From the human T2T-CHM13v2.0 reference genome, Homo sapiens: a DNA stretch of 64,000 nt. The stretch is taken from assembly GCF_009914755.1 (NCBI RefSeq), contig NC_060945.1; one strand, given 5' to 3'. Positions 1 through 14,713 of the stretch are shown here, in pieces. Every line of letters starts with the position of its first letter. Positions within the stretch are counted from its first letter, which is position 1. The notes below the pieces were generated by a model, which was not told where the DNA came from, made no database searches, and saw only the letters and a program-made list of their open reading frames with translations. A program made the position numbers and the translations under genes.

Positions 1-930
1 TTAGTTAAAACTGACAAACTAAACAAAACATGCTTCATCTAGTATCAATTTTTTTATTTATTTATCTTATGAAAGCATGTAGACTAGGAAGAAAAATGCG
101 CTATCCATAACAACAGTGTATTGTAATTTCTGTAATTTTCAAACAAAGTTTCCAAATGTTCCCAAATTACTAAGGTTGGGACACACATCATCAAGAGGGA
201 AACTGAGTGGGCTCCCAGAGATCAACACAGAGAACTCAAGAGACATTTTGGTTTTTGAACCTCACTAGTTATGAAGTCTTTCAGGAATACTGACTATCTC
301 CTATTTTCTGATGCAGATGTATATTATTAATATGAGTGATATATCATCTGATTAATACAATTTGCAACAATGAGCACATGTTTATAGTAACCTAGACCAG
401 ATTCTTACTTATCTTAGATCCCTTAATTAAGAGTTGAAAGAAATGTGTTATCAAGGACCTAATTTTTAGGCATCGCTAAGAAGAAACATAAAAGTATCAG
501 AAATATTTGTTAGTCACTTCCCTCCTATAATTTGTTTGGCAGTTTTTAATCTTATTTTTGTTGCTTAAGAATTTCCTAAAATAAAATTAAATATACATAT
601 ATGTTTTCCCTGAATAATTCTGTCTGAAACTCAATAAAATCTTTCAATCTGCTATTCAAATCTATTATTCACCCAAAAACCAATCAGAAAACACATCTGG
701 TACTTTTTTGTACTCATTGCCTCTTCCCATCTGACTTATTTTCTTTCTTGATCTTTCAATACTCACATATTAGATCTATAATACCACTTGTTTTCCAATT
801 ATTTCCTCTACACCATTGCCTCTTTTTGTATTTTTACTTCAAATTATTTCTTTTGTTTGGTTTTCATCTCTTTATTCAGATCTCAACACTGGCCATTTCC
901 TTAGTTCATCTACAAAAATCTCCTTCCATG

Positions 931-1238
931 ATTTATTTATTTATTTATTTATTTTTAGAGCTGGAGCCTTGCTCTGTTGCCCAGGCTGGGGTATAATAGT
1001 GTGATCTCGGCTCACTGCAACCTCCACTTCTGGGGTTCAAGCAATTCTCCCGCCTCAGCTTCCCAAGTAGCTAGGACTGCAGGCGCACACCACCACATCT
1101 GGCTAATTTTTGTACTTTTAGTAGAGATGGGGTTTTAACCATGTTGGCCAGGCTGGTCTCAAGCTCCTGACCTCGTGATCCACCCACTTCAGCCTCCCAA
1201 AGTGCTGGGAGTACAGCTGTGAGCCACTGCACCTGGCC
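931..1238 (-). mobile_element. Alu (AluS-type), full length
   Basis: (ATTT)n tail, Alu body ending gagccactgcacctggcc; TSD tcctt(c/t)catgatttatt at 921-937 and 1240-1256. Confidence 0.95.
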
Positions 1239-2575
1239 TTCCTTTCATGATTTATTAACCTACGCTTGATGAAATTGATCTGTTACTTCAAGGAAAGCTC
1301 AAATAGTCAGCATCTGCCTGTAATTGTGAGAGACCTAATTCTGAAGTCTGTAATTCAGGATCTTTCCAGAGCCTCCCGTAGAGCTTGTTGCTACATCTCC
1401 CCAGGTTCCCCTCTGGCCCAGAGAAGATAGTTTCTGCACTGATCTTCTTTTTCAAAGCTTTTCCTTATCACTAAACTCAATGAAACAGTCATCTGGCTTC
1501 AGAGACTTCCTCTGTTTCATGCAGAAAAGTGATTATTAAGTGATGTGTGCCTTAAAGAGAATTTTATATCTCTCCTTTTATTTACAAAGTATAAGAACAG
1601 TGATAGATGTTGTTTGTTATTGTTGCCTTTTTGTAATTTACATCCTTGGGCCTTTTATTTTCTCTCCTTAAACATCATGTATTTACATCAAGTAAAACCA
1701 GGCACCAACCTTGAGACAGTATTGTAACATAATATTTAATATTTAATTTAGGGAATATGAAAAGAATCTCCACCAAAATCTCAGTCACTAGTTGACCTAA
1801 TGGACACAATTATCTTAAGAAGCTAACTTGATCAATTATTTAACCATATCACTCTTTTTATAGATAGCTGAGGTATGGCATTTTAATAATTAATCAGGAA
1901 GGATACATATAATTTAATATCTATTTTGGAAAAAGCTTTCATATGGGTCTAAAGATCATTAAGCAATAAAATTTAAGTTGAGTTGGTACAACATAAATAC
2001 ATATACATGCTTCAAAGAAGATGGGTGAATTTTTACAGTACAGTGAAAAGAGGAACTGGATTAAGGAATAGTTAATAAGTTTTTCTGCTGAAGAAAGTTA
2101 TTTGGTTCCTATACCCAGAATACCCCATATCTTTATCTTTCATGAAGGCATTTCATCTCTTACTGACAAATCCCAAAGCAACATGTTACGTTCCCATCAA
2201 ATTAAAGCGAAGACCAGAGCTTCATTGACTCAAGAGAGAATCTGTACCTGATCAATGAACTGTCATTTGTATCTTCTAGAGCATATTAAAAGAAAATAAG
2301 GATTCCAACGTGTGACATTTCATAGATTTGTGCTTTTTGTTATAATGTATGTAGATTTCATGAGTTGTATGTACATTGTTTAACATATGCTTTGGAACAT
2401 TGCATTAATTCTGAAATTTAAAATCAGAAGACATGGCAATGGATAAAACATTTATATGCCTTTATATCATGAAGATACAGTTCCAGCTTTGTAATTTGGG
2501 TGACAAATGAGTAATAACTTTTTAAGTCAGTAAAAATATTTCATCTCTTTAGTCGGTGTCTGTGAAACAGAGTGA

Positions 2576-2640
2576 TAGAGAGAGAGAGAGAGATACAGAG
2601 AGAAAGAGAGAGAGAGAGACAGGGGCAGGGAGAGAGAGGG
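2576..2640. repeat. Imperfect (GA)n microsatellite
   Basis: Direct reading. Confidence 0.85.
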
Positions 2641-2875
2641 AGTGAGTCATGTGTTGCTATATAAGCTATATAACTTACTGTTTCATATATACCAGCTGGG
2701 TTTCTCATAACTACCAGTAGCTTCCATGGAAATTTCTTTTATAGGTTAGTGATATCAGACCACTGCAGTATAACAGTTTTCACTCCCAAATTATTACATG
2801 ACACACTAGAATTTTCACTGGTAGATGTTATAATTTAAGTCAGTATTGATTGTTCTATCCTTTTAAAGATCAGTT

Positions 2876-3719
2876 TCTTTTTCAATTTTTATTACAGGTT
2901 CAGGCAGGACATGTGCAAATTTGTTACAAAAGTATATTGTGTGATGCTGAGGTTTAAAGGACAAATGAATCTATCTCCTAGGTAGTGAGCATAGGTAATT
3001 TTTTAGTTCTTTCTTCTCTCATTCTCTCCCCACTCTTGTATTCCCCAGTGTCTATTGTTCTCATCTTTATGTCCATGTATACTCAGTGTTTAGCTCTCAC
3101 TTATAAATGAGAACATACAGTATTTGCTTTTCTGTTTCTGCATTAGTTTATTTAGGATAACAGAATCAAGCTGCTGCAAAAGCTGATTATATTCTTTTTT
3201 ATGGCCGCATAGTATTCCACGATATATGAACTACTTTTTCTTTATCCAGTCCAGAGTTGATGGGCACCTGGGTTGATTCCATGTCTTTGCTATTGTGAAT
3301 AGTGCTGTGATGAATCTACAGATGCATGTGTCTTGTTGGTAGAACAACTAATTTTCCTTTAGGGATATACTCAGTAATGGAATTGCTGGATGGAATGGTA
3401 GTTCGACTCTTTGTTCTATGAGAAGTCTCCAAAGTGCTCTGCACAATAGTTGGACTAATTTACATTTCTTCTGACAGTGTATGTGTTCTCCTTTCTCTGT
3501 AGCCTCACCAGCATCTGTTGTTTTTAAACTTTTTAACAAAGGCCATTATGACTGTTGTGAGATGGTATCTCATTGTGGTTTTGATTTGCATTTCTCTAAT
3601 GATTAGTAATAATCATCTTTTTTATGTTTATTGGCAGCTTGCATGTCTTCTTTTCAGAAGTGTCTGTTCATGTTCTCTGCTCACTTTTTAATGGAGCTGT
3701 TTTTTGCTTGTTAAGTTCC
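2876..3719 (-). mobile_element. L1 (L1PA15/16-like) 3' segment of a 5'-inverted insertion
   Basis: T-rich tail, L1 3'UTR, ORF2 C-terminal remnant (ORF 3348-3539: ...LVQLL...LPFHPAIPLL). Confidence 0.9.
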
Positions 3720-5364
3720 AAAAAAACTGAGGAAGAGAGACCCCGCCTTAATTCACTCTATAAAGCTAGCATCATTGTGATACCAAAACCTGGCAGGGAG
3801 GCAATGAAAAAGAAAAACTTCAAGCCAATATCTCTGAACACAGATACAAAAATTCTTAACAAAATATTAGCAAACTGAATCTAGCAGCACATCAAAAGTT
3901 AATTCCCCACAATCAAGTAGGCTTTATCCCTGGGATGCAAGGTTGGTTTCCACATATACAAACCAATAAATGTAATTCACCACATAAGCATAATTAAAAA
4001 CAAAAAAATGATCATCTCAATAGATGCAGAAAAAGCTTTTGATAAAACTGAATATTCTGTTATATTAAAAACTTCAACAAACTAGGCATCAAAGGAACAT
4101 ACCTCAAAATAATAAAATCTATTTATGACAGACTCACAGCCAACATCATACTCAATGGGCAAAAGCTGGAAGCATTCGTCTTGAGAACTGGAACAAAACA
4201 AGGCTGCCTACCATCACCAATCCTATTCGGTGTAGTACTGGAAGTCCTAGCCAGAGCAATTGGGCAAGACAAAGAAAGAAAAGGCGTCCAGATAAGAAAA
4301 GAAATAGTCAAACTATGTGTCTTCACTGACAATATTATTCTATAACTAGACAACCCTAAAGATTCTACCCAAATGTTCCTAGACTGATAAGCAACTTTAG
4401 TAAAGTTTTAGGATACAAAATCAATGTACAAAATCAGTAGCATTTCTATATACCAGTAACGTTCAAGTCGAGAGCCAAATCAAGAACGCAGTTCCATTTA
4501 CAGTAGCCAAAAAAGAATAAAATACTTAGGAATCTAGCTAACCAAGGAACTGAAAGATTTCTACAGAGAGAAATACAAAACAGTGCTAAAAGGAATGAGA
4601 GATGATACAAGCAAAAGGGAAGACATTCCATGCTTGGGGATAGGAAGAATCAAAATTGTTAAAATGGCCATACTGACCAAAGCAATTACAGATTCAGTGC
4701 TATTTCTAGCAAACTACCAACAAACTTTCCACAGATTTAGAAAAACTATTCTAAAATTCATATGAAACCTAAAAAGATTCCCAATAGCCCAAAGAGTCTT
4801 CAGCAAAAAGAACAAAGCCGGAGGCGTCACACTGTCTTTCTTCAAACTATACTGCAAGGCTGCTGTAACCAAAAGAGCATGATACAGGTAAAAAATAGAC
4901 ACATAGACCAATGGAACAGAACAGAGAACACAGAAATAAGGCCACTCACCTACAACCATTTGATCTTCGACAAGTCAACAAAATAAGCAGTAGAAAAAGG
5001 ACTCTCTAGTCAACAAATGGTGCTGGGATAACTGGCTAGCTGTATGTGAAAGAATGAAACTGGACCATTACCTATCATTATATATGAAAATTAACTCAGG
5101 ATAAATTAGTCACTTAAATGGTAGAACTCAAACTATAAAAATCCTAGAAGAAAACCTAAGAAATACCCTCCCTGATATCAGCCTTGGCAAATAATTTATG
5201 GCTAAGTCATCAAAAGCAAGTGCAACAAAAACAAAAATTGACAAACAGAACCTAATTAAACTAGAGGACTTTTGTCTAGCAAGAGAAACTATCAACAGAG
5301 TAAACAGATAACCTACAGAAAGGAAGAAAATATTCTCAAACTACACCTCCAATAAATGCTTAAT
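3716..5364 (+). mobile_element. L1 ORF2 (RT region) inverted segment of the same insertion, degenerate
   Basis: Translations [18 protein letters not shown] and GRIKIVKMAIL; ends in L1 coordinates close to where the minus segment starts. Confidence 0.9.
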
Positions 5365-6360
5365 TTTAAGGAAGGAAACATCCTAATATACATATCTTAG
5401 TTTTCAAATTTCTATTTTATTTAAATATGTTGTATTAGCTCTGCAATAAAATTACAAATAGTATTTCATCCTCTATTTTATCTGAAATCTCACATTTACA
5501 ACCAACCTCAAAGGCCCTGTTAAAATGTATCCTTTTAATTTATTTTCTTTTATTCCCATTGGATCTGCTGTGAAACACTATGCCTAAAACTATTTGGGAA
5601 GGGAAAAATGCAAGTAACAACTAACAAATGTATAGAATCTTTATTTTTGTGGTTAGGAAATTTTATTGCCAACTTAATGTTCATGATTCTTGTTTTATTG
5701 TCTGTTAACACACAGAAAGAGTCTTTAAAATGAGAATTTCTATTTTCATTGAAAATCAGTATTAACTGTACTTTGTACCATATCGTGGCAGTCTGTATTC
5801 AACTTACGAATGCTCTGCCTCCTGAGTGTGAGAGATAACAGGAATCCTACTGAGCTCATTATACTACTGGCCAGAGTGATTTGCTTATGGCCAAAGCAGA
5901 TAGATAAAGATATGCAATGCAAAGAATTGTCAGAAAGTCACACAATTAAATAGACTATTGTCATAATGTTATATATTACCAATGATTTTTGTTATAAATG
6001 TAATAATTACTTATTAAAACTATACTGATATACCTGTACACATATTTTTAAGTAATGAAAGCTTTACTCTCCCCACCACACAGACTTAAGAAAGAATTAC
6101 TGTTAAAAGTTTGTTGAATATTTGTACAAACTTTATTTAACTAGTCACCAAGAGAACTAGAGACATAGACATAGAATGACTAGGTAGTTTTAAGACATAT
6201 ACACAGCACACATTTAGGGTATGAATAAATCAACACTTCGGCCCATAACATGGACCAATTGGGGACAATTTTAGGCCATTGTTGCAAACACACACAAAAA
6301 TGAATCCCAGATAAATTAACAATTTTAAAGCAGTAACCATAATAATACAATAAAAAGTCA

Positions 6361-6545
6361 ATAGCAGCTAACGTTTGTTTTCTTCTAGATAGTATTTTAT
6401 TGTATATGTATTAACTCATTTAATACAAACCCACTATGTTTTAAGTGCGATTATCTTGGTGCCATATTTAGTTGAGAAAACTAGGACATGTTAAGTAACT
6501 CGTCCAAGTTCATACAGCTTATAGAGGGTGAAAGCTGATTTAAGA
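6361..6545 (-). mobile_element. MIR remnant
   Basis: Core-like attaactcatttaat...gagaaaactagg...gttaagtaactcgtccaagttcatacagct. Confidence 0.6.
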
Positions 6546-7645
6546 ATGATGACACCATAGAAAATTTGGTTCCCCCAGTTTTTGGCCCAAGGAAGAGCTT
6601 CTGTGATGTCTTGCATTTCCCTTTTTGCAACATTCATAACACTTACAGATATTTTACTATATCAGGTCAGCACCTGTTGTACAGATGGTCCAAACTCTGA
6701 CACTCAGAACAATTTCTAACTTATTTTTGATCCCTAATAGTGAGTGACTGATTTTCTTAGTCCCCCCCAAAATTGGCTTTCTAAATTGCCAATCGAAATT
6801 TCAGCAGTATCTGTTGGGCTGTTTATGATTATTCTTATTTTTTACTTTAAATAATGTCTTCTTTTTCTCTCATTTTTTTTCATAGCAATATGATTTTTCT
6901 TCACATATGAATCAGGCTTAGGAATCTTACTAATAAAATATTTACTTCATGTTAAAACTACTTTCCTTTCTTAAAATCATTATTGTTCATTTTGATCCTT
7001 TTGGCTCTAATAACTTAAAAGTGTTCCCATCACATTTTTCGGTATGTGAGCAAACGTTAAATGACATAGTGGGGTCGGTATTTGCAGCCTGTGGACTACA
7101 CCTGTGTATTGTGAAGTCCACTGAATGGACTTCTGGAAGATTCCAAATCCTGCCTCACCATCCCTTAGCATAAACTTAGTGAGGTGGGGAGCTCTGGTGA
7201 TCCGAGGGAAGTCTTCATCCTTTAAGGAGCCGGCAGTTGGGAATGGAGATCATGTCGACTTCTTTTGCTTCCATAACAAAGCTAAAAGATTTGGGGCATG
7301 AGGGTGCATCCAATGTGGCATGTATTGCCAACTTCATAAATGCTGATTATTTCCCAACAGCATCCCAAGAGTTGATGTTCCAGTCATGTCATCTGGGGAG
7401 AGAACTCTGATGAAATTCCGGAAGTCCGTTGTGCTGTGCGTTCTCTTGTCCCTAATTCATCTCTTCATCAGCCTCTGCCAGTGAGATCTCTGGATAACTG
7501 TGCCTTAGAGCTACGGTTGCCTGTGGGAAACAGAAAAGGGTTATCATTAAAGGAGCATCTGTTAGAGGGGTGTTCTTGTTCTGTTTTTGTTTTCTCAGCT
7601 TCTCTATTTGGTGTCCATTCATCACAAGGCAAATTATATTAACTA

Positions 7646-8169
7646 TGTGTTCTTATTTTCTGTATTCTTTATGATCTGGCATTTGGGAACATCAGACCCA
7701 CTATAGACGCAGGGAGAGACTGCCCCTTCCAGGGTTAGCTAATTCTTAAATACAGCAACTTGTGTAAAAGCATGCCTTTCATATGCAAGCCAACCACTCT
7801 CTTTATCTCACCCTCACACACTAAGCCAATATTCTTCTGCTCTAAATCATCCCAAGCCTAGGTATCAGACAACTAGGGACAGCCTCTATCCCCCGAAGCC
7901 CACCAGAATTACTGAATCTAACCAATCCTAACCCATGCACCTTGTCCTGTCCTGCCTTTTCCACAGGAATCCCAATACAGACTCTGACTAAGGCTTCCCT
8001 TTTACTCTTATCTTCTGTCTCTGGACCATCTTGTGTCCCTGTGAGGTCTGACATGTACCCTTCGTTTGTGAAATGTAAGCAATAAGTTCTTCTCTTAATG
8101 GAATTCGCCTCTTCATGTTGTCACTCAGTCATACTTCTATAAATTAAAACCTGGGTATAATTTTAGAAC
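7646..8169 (+). mobile_element. ERVL solo LTR (MER54/MER73/MER74 group)
   Basis: Recalled motifs gactgccccttccagggttagctaattc, gcctttcatatgcaagccaacca, cagacaactagggacagcc. Confidence 0.65.
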
Positions 8170-8972
8170 GGTTATATCTTGTGGCTTCCTCAAAACACTC
8201 TGGGGGATATATTTGTTTGTTTCTAGCAACATAATACAGTCCTTGGCATTCTCTTAATTTGGAATATTCAACATTGTGTTGTGGTTAATATTGCATCACA
8301 TTTTCCTGATATGATTGGGGCTGGACTGGCTTTTCCTAAAACTTGTTATCTAATAAAGACTGCTGTTTTGGAGGAGAGTTTATATACACTAAGTTTGTAA
8401 CTAATTCAAATACAATATGTCTGATGTCAAATTTTGTGCAGAAAACTACTTCCTTAGGGTGTCCCTGCCTGTCTCCAGGGTTGCAGCATATGTGAGTTCC
8501 ACATCTGGACATTCTTATACTGTCTTCTTGGAAGGAAACCCAGCCTCCCAGCCACTTCTCTCTTAACTGATCTCTCTCACTTCTCCCAATAAGTTAGTCT
8601 GGGCTTATCACCTCAATAGCCATCCCTGATGTGGAGAGCCTGGGCAGCAACTGCAAATATAACAATTACCAGACCTGACAGCAGTTAGCACGATAAAGTA
8701 CAAGTAGAGACTGGTACTAAACTGATGAAGGAGAAGCAAGATCGGGAGGAGACTTGTATGGGCCTGTGGTTCTCCAGGAAATATAGCTGGATTTAGTTAG
8801 TTTCAGGATGAAAGGAAACTGGTAGTCAAGGTGAGGAAAAAATTTAGGCTAAGATTAGAAATTTGAGCAAATTGGTGTTTAAGTTAATATTTTTAAATGA
8901 GTCTCATAACTTTGAGTTCCCTAATCCCTAGGATCGCAAAAATTTTTTGAAAGCATTAAATAGAATGGCTTG

Positions 8973-9291
8973 GGCTGGGCACGGGGGCTCACTGCTCTTT
9001 GGGAGCTCACAGCACTTTGGGAGGCCAAAGTGGGTGGATCTCTTGAGTCCAGGAGTTCTAGACCAGCCTGGGTAGCATGTTGAAACCATGTCTCTAAAAA
9101 AAATACCAAAAGTAGCTGAGTGTGGTGGCCTGTGCTTATAGTCCCAGCTACCAGGAAAACTGAGGTGGGAGGATCACCTGAGCCTGGGGTTGTAGAGATT
9201 ACAGTGACCACTGATGGTGCCACTGCACTCCTGCCTGGGTAAGAGACTGAGACCCTGTCAAAAAAAAAAAAAAAAGAAAGAAAGAAAAAAA

Positions 9292-9326
<35 letters not shown>

Positions 9327-9327
9327 C
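8973..9327 (+). mobile_element. AluJ with A/(GA)n tail
   Basis: Alu dimer; TSD agaat(g/a)gcttg at 8962-8972 and 9328-9338. Confidence 0.92.
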
Positions 9328-10663
9328 AGAATAGCTTGGACTGTATTTTTAAATGTTAAGAAAGCACATTTTCCCTGTTTTATTGTCTCTGAAATTTATC
9401 ATCATTGAAGTGCCTACTGAGACTGCTAAATGCATATTTGATTGAGCAGCATTGAATTTAAAAATCAGGAAAAATCTCCCTTCACTAAGGAATATTTTGT
9501 TGTCTGAGCAAAGTCCATTTTGGTGTATCATTCTAATTTATTTTTTACCAAGTTTATTTTTGTTTCCTTTTGGTGTTAATTATGCTTCTGATCCATCCCT
9601 TTTATTTACATTTATATTTAAAATCAATGTTGTATATCATTTTAAATTGCATGTTTTACAACATCTGGTTTAATTACGCTTTCTCTCTTATTGCCATCTT
9701 TGCTGCAGCTGTTTCTCTCATTCACTGCTTGCTACCAGAAGTTTATTTTGCCTTATTTCTCAATTTCATTTTCATGATGTATGCAACATTTTTTTTTCAC
9801 ATTAGAGAAACTATTTTTTTCTGTATTTCATTTTTATAATAACAAATTAATCATGCCACAAGAAACACAGTGTTGACACAGACCCACAGGGAGAAACCAA
9901 CGGTGTGTGAACTCCACACAGAGAATAGCTTTGCATGCTCGGTTGCAGAGCATGAATTTGGTTGAGTTTCTTGCTTGCATGACATCTCCAGAGGCAGGAC
10001 TCAGGGAGCAGAAGGTTTAAAACTGTGAGCACAAGAGATAGTGAAAATCTTTCTCATCTAACACTTCCCAGAATCCCTAAAGGAGACCCATAATAACAGT
10101 GAGTAATACTTTTGAAACAGATAGACATAGAAGTTTCCATCTTTAGAGGAATAAATTTTTATTTTGCTGAGTTGGCAATCTAATGCTTAAGAAGAAGCAA
10201 AGAAGTCAAGGAGCAGGATATTATCTATTCCAGCTCCAATAAAATATAGTGTTTAAATCTTAATACAAAGTTCAGTTTTAAACCTATGAAAACTAATATG
10301 ATTTTGAGATATACATAGATCACATGAGCTACCGCTACACTGATACATCTAAAATTAAAATGTCATTAATTAAATAAGACACTGAGCAATACTTCCATAT
10401 TTTTAACTGTATGTGAGAAACCTATACAATAGAAGAACATTCATAAAATTGAAGCAATTGATTCTCAATGTCATTAGAACAGTTTAAAAGCAGTTTCATA
10501 TATATTAAACCACCAGATATCCATAACACTAAATAATTACTAACATACCCACTAAGTAAATGAGAAAGCTGAAATTCACAAAATATAATAGACCTGCTTC
10601 AGTTACAAATATATTAAAGAACAGAAGTGGGACTGGAATTTGAGTCTTTTAACTTCAATTTTA

Positions 10664-11023
<360 letters not shown>

Positions 11024-11813
11024 TCACCAGTCTAAGGTTCAGAAGATTGAAGTTCTAACTTCATTCACACTCTGCATTCACATCGTCATTCACAAGATGC
11101 TTCAAAAATGGAATGTTATTTTGCCTCTTTGCAATGTAGATCCAGAGATTTGGATGTAAAGTAAGGAATCTAGGGTTGCAAATATCTCAACTTCTCTCTC
11201 TCTCTCTGTCTCTCTCTATATATATCACACACGGTATTGAGTTACGCATTAACATAAATAAGTTCTTCCAGTGTTTTCTTTTTAACAGTAATAGAAAATA
11301 ATCTAACAATATTAATATGTTGCAAAAAACTCCACAGGGCCATGAGGACCATATACTTTTAATATTTGTGGCAAGACAACAAATATTATAATTCTGTGAT
11401 AATCAAAACTTCAGAAATACATTTCACTTTACCTGCCATATAGATGAATAGATTAAACCATTTATTTTATTTCAGAAAATGGTAATTTCAAGAAGAGGGA
11501 AATATTTAAGTGGAGATAATGAAATGTTCAAACTGAAATGATATTTTATTCACTTATTTTATACCAACCCAGTAAGAGTTCAACCTTTAATAATAGCTAT
11601 TGTAGGAACAGAGTTCTCAAATGCATTTTCAGTTGGGATTATTTTGGTTAAAGTAATTTTTTTATATTCGACACTTTGTTTTGTTGCCATGGCTTTGTGC
11701 TGCTAGAGTTTTAACATGGATTTCAATATGAGAACAAAGCCTAGAGAAATATGGTTTTAATTGTCAGCTTATAGATAAAAAGGATGTTGAAGAAAAATAA
11801 AACTACTCTCCTA

Positions 11814-11845
11814 CTATATATATGTATATGTAGTATATATGTGTT

Positions 11846-11886
<41 letters not shown>
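11814..11886. repeat. (TA)n(TG)n microsatellite
   Basis: Direct reading. Confidence 0.9.
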
Positions 11887-11888
<2 letters not shown>

Positions 11889-13177
11889 TTGGATAGTTAG
11901 CGTATTAGAAACAATGCATCTATTTATTTTTACAAGTGTAGAAATCCAGTTAGAACAGCAAATCATTTCACTTTAGACAGTTTGAAATCCATTTTATCAT
12001 TTATATAGAACCATATTTTGAGGTTTATGTTTATGAATTCTGAAGATAAATAATTCCTCTTATAAAAGTAAGAAGGGGAGTAAAAGAAATTTATCATAAC
12101 ACAATATTCAAATAGAACTAGAAAAATCTTACTTGAATACCTACAGTAATTGTTAGGGTAATTCCTTCCCAAAAGAGCTATTAATCAAATACACAATGAC
12201 AAAATTAGTATTGCTTTAAAATTCCTTGGAAAATATTAAAATAAGTTTTTTATATCATAACCAGATGGCAAAATGTAAAAAGAAGTCCGATTTTTTTAAC
12301 TGAGTACAATTTCACTGAACTAAATCTATATTTCATTTTTATATGAATTACTGGGATGATGAACATTTTAACATTTTTAGGTATGAAAGTACTGAGAAAT
12401 CTTGGTAATAAATTCCATTAAAAATTTAGGGCAAGTTTAAAGGTACAATTTATAAAAACATCATATTCGATATTATGATTTTGTGGCTGTAGAGTAGAAA
12501 TGTGCCAAATGTTTATAAATAAAAATCAGATCATTTTACATTCTTTTAATATTTGACATGGGGTTATTAAAGGGTTCCATAGTTTTTAGTTCCCCTGGTT
12601 GCAAGTAGTCAAATGCTCTTGAATTAGAGCAGTTTTTATTAAAAACAAAAATTATCATATTGATGGCCTATTTTCTTTTTTGTTTCATTTTATTTATACT
12701 AAAAAAAATTCCGGTAGGTAGTGAACCGTAGGTCTGTTATATAGTCTCCTAGGACATTAACATTGACTAGGTGATAATATTCATGTTGATGTTTCTGAAA
12801 TAAAAGCAATATGATGGAGTGAAATTTACTAAACAGAGACAAATGTGTTAAAAACTGCCAGTGTCATAAATATGTTTTAGGGTTTATCATTTGCAGTCTT
12901 ACCTCTTTTTTTTTCACACAATTTCTCTGTTATTATTTTTAACTCTTCACCCTTATGCAAACATATTGTTTACAAATTATGTTCTAAACACAGGAGATAA
13001 TGAAGTTATTTTGTTTTTGTGTGATTTTTAGGGGCAGTAAGTAGAACTAATGCAGGAGAGACTTCAGGTAGGCCTAAACTCTGAACCTGGTAGGAATATA
13101 CAATATTCAAGAAATTGTCTTTGGGAGACAGACCTTCAGCTTAGCCATTTTAGCAGAGATAATACCTAAAAGCCAAG

Positions 13178-13515
13178 TGCTTTCATCCAAGCTGCTATAA
13201 CAAAATACCTTCTCCTGGGTAGTTTATAAACAACAGGAATCTATTTCTCACCATTCCGGGGACTCAAAAGTCTAAGAGCAAGGTGTAGGTACATTTGGTG
13301 CCTGGCAAAGACCCCCCTTCTTGCTGCATCTTTACGTGGTGGAAAGCAAACAAATTCCACTGGGTCTCTATTACAAGGGCACTAATCTCATTCATGAGGA
13401 CTCTGCCTTCATGACCTAATCACTTCCCAGAGGCCTCACCTCTTAATACTATCACATTGGGGATTAGGTTTCAACATAATTGTTTAAGGGGCATGCAAAC
13501 ATTCAGACCATTGCA
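13178..13515 (-). mobile_element. MaLR LTR (MLT1A-like)
   Basis: gctgctataacaaaatacc...catgacctaatcacttccc...aaacattcagaccattgca. Confidence 0.8.
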
Positions 13516-14713
13516 AGCAGCATATGGAATGCGGCACCTGCACTGCGTTAGATGTAGGTGTTTTGGACTCTGATCTCTGATTAGAGCCTCCACAACTACT
13601 TTCGTATAATTCCCATTAGAAAATGATCTTGGCCTTCTGGTTGTGATGGTAGCTCAGAAAAGTTCCAGAAAGTATTATTAGTCATGAATCATTCAACAAC
13701 CTCAGGAAAGGTCCATTAATGAATCTGAATTGACTAGGACTAAAATCTTTATCCCCTTTACCTTGAGCTGATTGGAAGAATAAGAAACTATTTTTAATAA
13801 TTAATTGCTTTTGAGATACAGGACAGGCTTATTACAATGACACTGATGGTCCCTCATAGGACAGGCTTAGAATTTCATCAGTAAGTATGCTGTTAAAAAC
13901 ACACATGCTGAATTATTTTTCCAGACCAGTAGCGTGTGCATAATAGGCTGCATAGGAAATGGGTCTCCCTAACTAACTGCAGTCTCTGGAGCTAAGATTG
14001 TGTAGGAGTTGTGGATGGGGTTGGCCCATGATTGAAAAAACTGAGCAAGGGAACCCCCAAAGCCTTCATTGTGATGAGGGTCACCTCTTGAAATAGAATA
14101 AAATAAGAGTATAGCAATAGATCAAAAGCCAGATGATAGCAAATCAAAAGTTGGAGAGCTGTTGAGGATTACAGCATTCACCTGCTGGGAGTGAGGGAAA
14201 AGACAAAATGAACACGTTGCTAAAATTCTAGCTTACTAAACTTAATAAAAGGGAATGTCTTGAACCAAAATAACATGATAAGAAGTGCTCTTTAAGAGAT
14301 GTTGATGAGGATGAGCTTACTTTCTGAGCATATAAAATAGAACATTTTCCTCTAAGTCAGTCAGGATACCATAGTTAAACACATGCTGCATTCACATTGA
14401 GAATGTTGCGGAGAATTTAATATTCAGACTATTTACAATGTGTCGGAATGTTTAGAGAAGCCACAGAGAATAGTGCAGTATTTGGAGGAACGGAAGATGG
14501 GTTAGGGCAATATTCAGAAAACAGAAATAAAGATTGTCTTATTTTTTTTTTTGCCTGGCCTGAAGTTAATTGTCAGTACTAAGTACTAGGAGGAAGAAGA
14601 GACACAAAAAGATTCAAAAGTGGTATGTGTATGCATGCATGTGTGTATGTGCGTGTGTGCATGTGTGTGTGTGTTCCCTATGTCCTGGGGCAGAATTTAA
14701 AATATTATGCCTT

